This document shows positions 29,475-32,000 of a stretch of DNA of 32,000 nt, one piece after another. The translations under genes were made by a program, and so were the position numbers. The stretch covers positions 1,350,001 to 1,382,000 of the forward strand of contig NZ_AP013043.1 in assembly GCF_016592615.1 (NCBI RefSeq), read 5' to 3'. How positions within the stretch are numbered: position 1 is the first letter of the stretch; the number at the start of each line of letters is the position of its first letter. The notes under the pieces are model-generated. The model was not told the DNA's origin and did not search any database. It worked only from the letters and a program-made list of their open reading frames with translations. The stretch is from Isorropodon fossajaponicum endosymbiont JTNG4 (lineage in GTDB: Bacteria; Pseudomonadota; Gammaproteobacteria; PS1; Pseudothioglobaceae).

Positions 29475-31702
29475 TCACGATTGTATTGCAAGGGTAATTT
29501 TATCTTTTTTAACACCAACTTTCACCAAGCCACCATTGATTAATTTACCAAACAGTAGCTCATCTGCTAGCGGCTTACGGACTTCTTTTTCAATCAGGCG
29601 TGCCATAGGTCGTGCACCTATCTTGGCATCATAACCATGCTTTGCAAACCATTTTCGAGCAGTGTCAGACACAATGAGTGAAACTTGTTTATTCCCTAAT
29701 GCTTCTCCTAATTCAAATAAGAATTTGTTCACCACATAAACAATAGTTTGCTCGTTAAGTGCATTAAAATAAATAACTTCTGATAAGCGATTTCTAAATT
29801 CTGGTGTGCATAATTTCTTCAATTCAGTTTCATAATCCAGTGAATGGTCTTGCTCACTAAAACCCATTGACGTACGTTGAATACTTTGTGCACCAGCATT
29901 TGATGTCATCACCAAAATTATATTTCTAAAGTCAATCTCTCGACCATTAGCATCAGTCATCTTGCCGTTATCCATGGCTTGCAGTAATAGATTAAAAATA
30001 TCCATGTGGGCTTTTTCAATCTCATCAGGCAGTAGCACAGCATACGGATTGGCATTAACTGCTTCAGTCAACAAGCCACCTTCATCATAGCCCACATAGC
30101 CTGGTGGCGAGCCAATGAGTTTGGAAATTGAGTGACGCTCTCCATACTCGCTCATATCAAAACACAACAACTTAACGCCCATAATTCGAGCCAATTGCTT
30201 GCAAATTTCTGTTTTACCCACTCCTGTTGGACCTGCAAAAAGAAAAGACCCCATTGGCTTATCAACTTGCGCCAAACCTGAGCGTAACAACTTAATCGCC
30301 GTAGACAAGCTACTCAGTGCACGATCTTGTCCAAACACGCCCAATTTAAGTTCTGATTCTAAGTTTTTAAGTAAAGATTTATCATCATTAGTCACTTGTT
30401 TAGACGGAATACGTGCTAATTTAGCAATAATATTTTCAATATCACCCGCGCCAATATTAATTTTACGTTTTGATTTAGGCTGAATCTGTTGATAAGCATC
30501 TGCTTCATCAATCACATCAATGGCTTTATCTGGCAAGCGACGAGACGATCATTCATATAACGATGGGACAATTTAGCAGCAGAGCTTAATGCTGCTGCTG
30601 AATATTTAACCTTATGATGCTTTTGGTAATATTTTTTAAGACCTTGTAAAATTTTGACAGTATCTGCCACCGAAGGCTTATCAATATCAATTTTTTGAAA
30701 ACGACGTGACAGCGCATGATCTTTCTCAAACACTTTCCGATATTCTTCATAAGTGGTTGGCCCCATGCACCTAAGTGTGCCGTCAGCCAAAGCAGGTTTT
30801 AACAAATTAGAGGCATCTAATGAGCCACCAGAAACACTATCTGCACCAATTAATGTATGAATTTCGTCAATAAACAAAATAGCCTGAGGAATTTTTTCTA
30901 AATCTGTTAGTGCTGCTTTAAGGCGTTTTTCAAAATCACCTCGATATTTTGTACCTGCAATAAGCACGCCAATATCTAATGAATAAATACTAGCTTTCTT
31001 TAAAACGTCTGGCACTTTTCCTTCAACAATTTTCAAAGCAATGCCTTGTGCAACGGCTGTTTTACCAACACCAGCAAGACCAACAAACAATGGATTATTT
31101 TTACGGCGTCTGGATAACACTTGCACTGTGCGAATAACTCCCTCCTCTCTGCCAAGTAGGGGGTCTATTTGCCCAGATTTAGCTTTTTCACATAGGTTTA
31201 TTGTATAAGTTGCCAATGAGGATTGTTTGGGTTTTTTCTTGTCTAGTTCAATTTTTGGCTCACTTGTAATAGATTCTGGCACTCTATTTAAAATGCCTCC
31301 CATGGCATCTAGGCGTGAAATACTATTAAGTTTTAGCAAATAAACCGCATGAGACTCCTTTTCAGAAAAAATACTCACCAATACATTCATTGCATATACC
31401 GTATTTCTTTGTGCGGATTGCGCCTGATAAACACTGCGTTGTAAAACACGTTGAAAGCCTACTGTTGGCACAATATCAATATTAGAATCAAGCGCAATGA
31501 GTGATGTATGTGAATCAATATAACCTTCTAATTCATTTTTAAATTCATCGATATCAACCTGCTTATTTCTTAAAAACGTGACCACTTCATCAATATTAAG
31601 TAATGCTAAAAGAAAATGCTCAACCGTTACAAACTCCAAGCGATTATTGCGCGCTTGAGTCATAACATAATTAATCTCTTGTTGTAATCCTGTCTCAATC
31701 AT
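29475..31702 (-). pseudogene. clpA: ATP-dependent Clp protease ATP-binding subunit ClpA, split by a 5-bp tandem duplication
   Basis: The N-terminal ORF (start MIETGLQQEINYV at 31702) carries Walker A GLAGVGKT and ILFIDEIH. The C-terminal ORF carries GPTGVGKT and DEIEKAH. The frame changes inside ...YMNDR/LPDKAIDVIDEA at the duplicated GACGA GACGA. The length, 2228 minus 5 = 2223 nt, equals 741 codons, so this is the only frame-breaking lesion. Confidence 0.9.
30539..30548. repeat. Tandem 5-bp duplication GACGA-GACGA (TCGTC-TCGTC on the coding strand)
   Basis: Read directly from the sequence. Removing one unit gives AAT GAT CGT CGC TTG CCA GAT AAA = NDRRLPDK, matching the conserved ClpA NDR.LPDKAID block. 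Confidence 0.9.
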
Positions 31703-31709
31703 GGTTTTA

Positions 31710-31958
31710 TTATATCTCCAACTCACGCAATACGCACATTAATGGTTGTTCATTTTTACGTGCAAATTCCCTCTCCCCCTCCCTCTATGTGAATTTTAAG
31801 CATAATTGCTTGAGTCGCCTCTTCGCTTTTGGAAAAAAATTGCACAAGCACATCAATCACAAATTCCATGGTTGTGTAATCATCATTTAGCAACAATACT
31901 TGAAATTTATTTGGTTTTTTAACTTTGGTTTTGAAGTTTGTACTAGTGTCTTGGTCAT
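31710..31958 (-). pseudogene. clpS: ClpS adaptor, decayed (homopolymer frameshift plus internal deletion)
   Basis: The translation from ATG 31958 begins [14 protein letters not shown]. After a frameshift at the T6 run 31915-31920 it continues [48 protein letters not shown]-rich junction follows (31768-31787, about 20 codons missing), then [19 protein letters not shown] with the stop at 31712-31710. Confidence 0.7.
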
Positions 31959-32000
31959 AACTAAGTTGCTGATTTTTTCTTTAATAATGCCCACACAAGA

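Noticed and set aside
31703-31726. An 8-codon N-terminal extension of the clpA ORF (MSWRYNKT).
   Set aside because: It overlaps the clpS stop region. Family alignment from memory begins at MIETGLQQEINYV.
31768-31787. A G-rich stretch (GAGGGAGGGGGAGAGGG on the coding strand) as a G-quadruplex or regulatory element.
   Set aside because: It sits exactly at the clpS deletion junction. It is better explained as a repair or deletion scar, and the runs are too short and irregular for a confident quadruplex call.

Overview
AT-rich, gammaproteobacterial-type chromosomal segment, transcribed almost entirely on the minus strand. In minus-strand order it holds: clpS and clpA (both disrupted), surE and a small membrane ORF. 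Next comes a ~4.5-kb decayed accessory patch. That patch contains two nested, truncated IS3-family elements, a heavily degraded Eco57I/PglX-like N6-adenine methyltransferase-specificity gene, an inverted silent 3' cassette of that gene, and a triple-frameshifted tyrosine recombinase. Core genes follow: citrate synthase-ubiE-ubiJ-ubiB, rplY-pth-ychF-gpmI, rpe, rpsB-tsf, and a DUF2141 gene. After these lie a truncated secreted-protein gene abutting an IS3 right-end remnant and a Tat-signal PhoX-family phosphatase interrupted by one in-frame TAG. Then come a plus-strand KpsF/GutQ arabinose-5-phosphate isomerase and a low-molecular-weight phosphotyrosine phosphatase. The window ends with the str operon (rpsL-rpsG-fusA-tuf) running into the S10 operon (rpsJ-rplC-rplD-rplW-rplB-rpsS-rplV-rpsC'). 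No tRNA, rRNA or CRISPR array was seen. About 30 housekeeping genes are intact, while at least eight dispensable or mobile genes carry nonsense codons, homopolymer or tandem-duplication frameshifts, or deletions. This fits a genome undergoing reductive evolution, such as a host-restricted symbiont; the taxon cannot be determined from this window. I did not find an intact novel multi-gene system. The most unusual structure is the fossil of a recombinase-linked invertible cassette at 23.97-26.64 kb.
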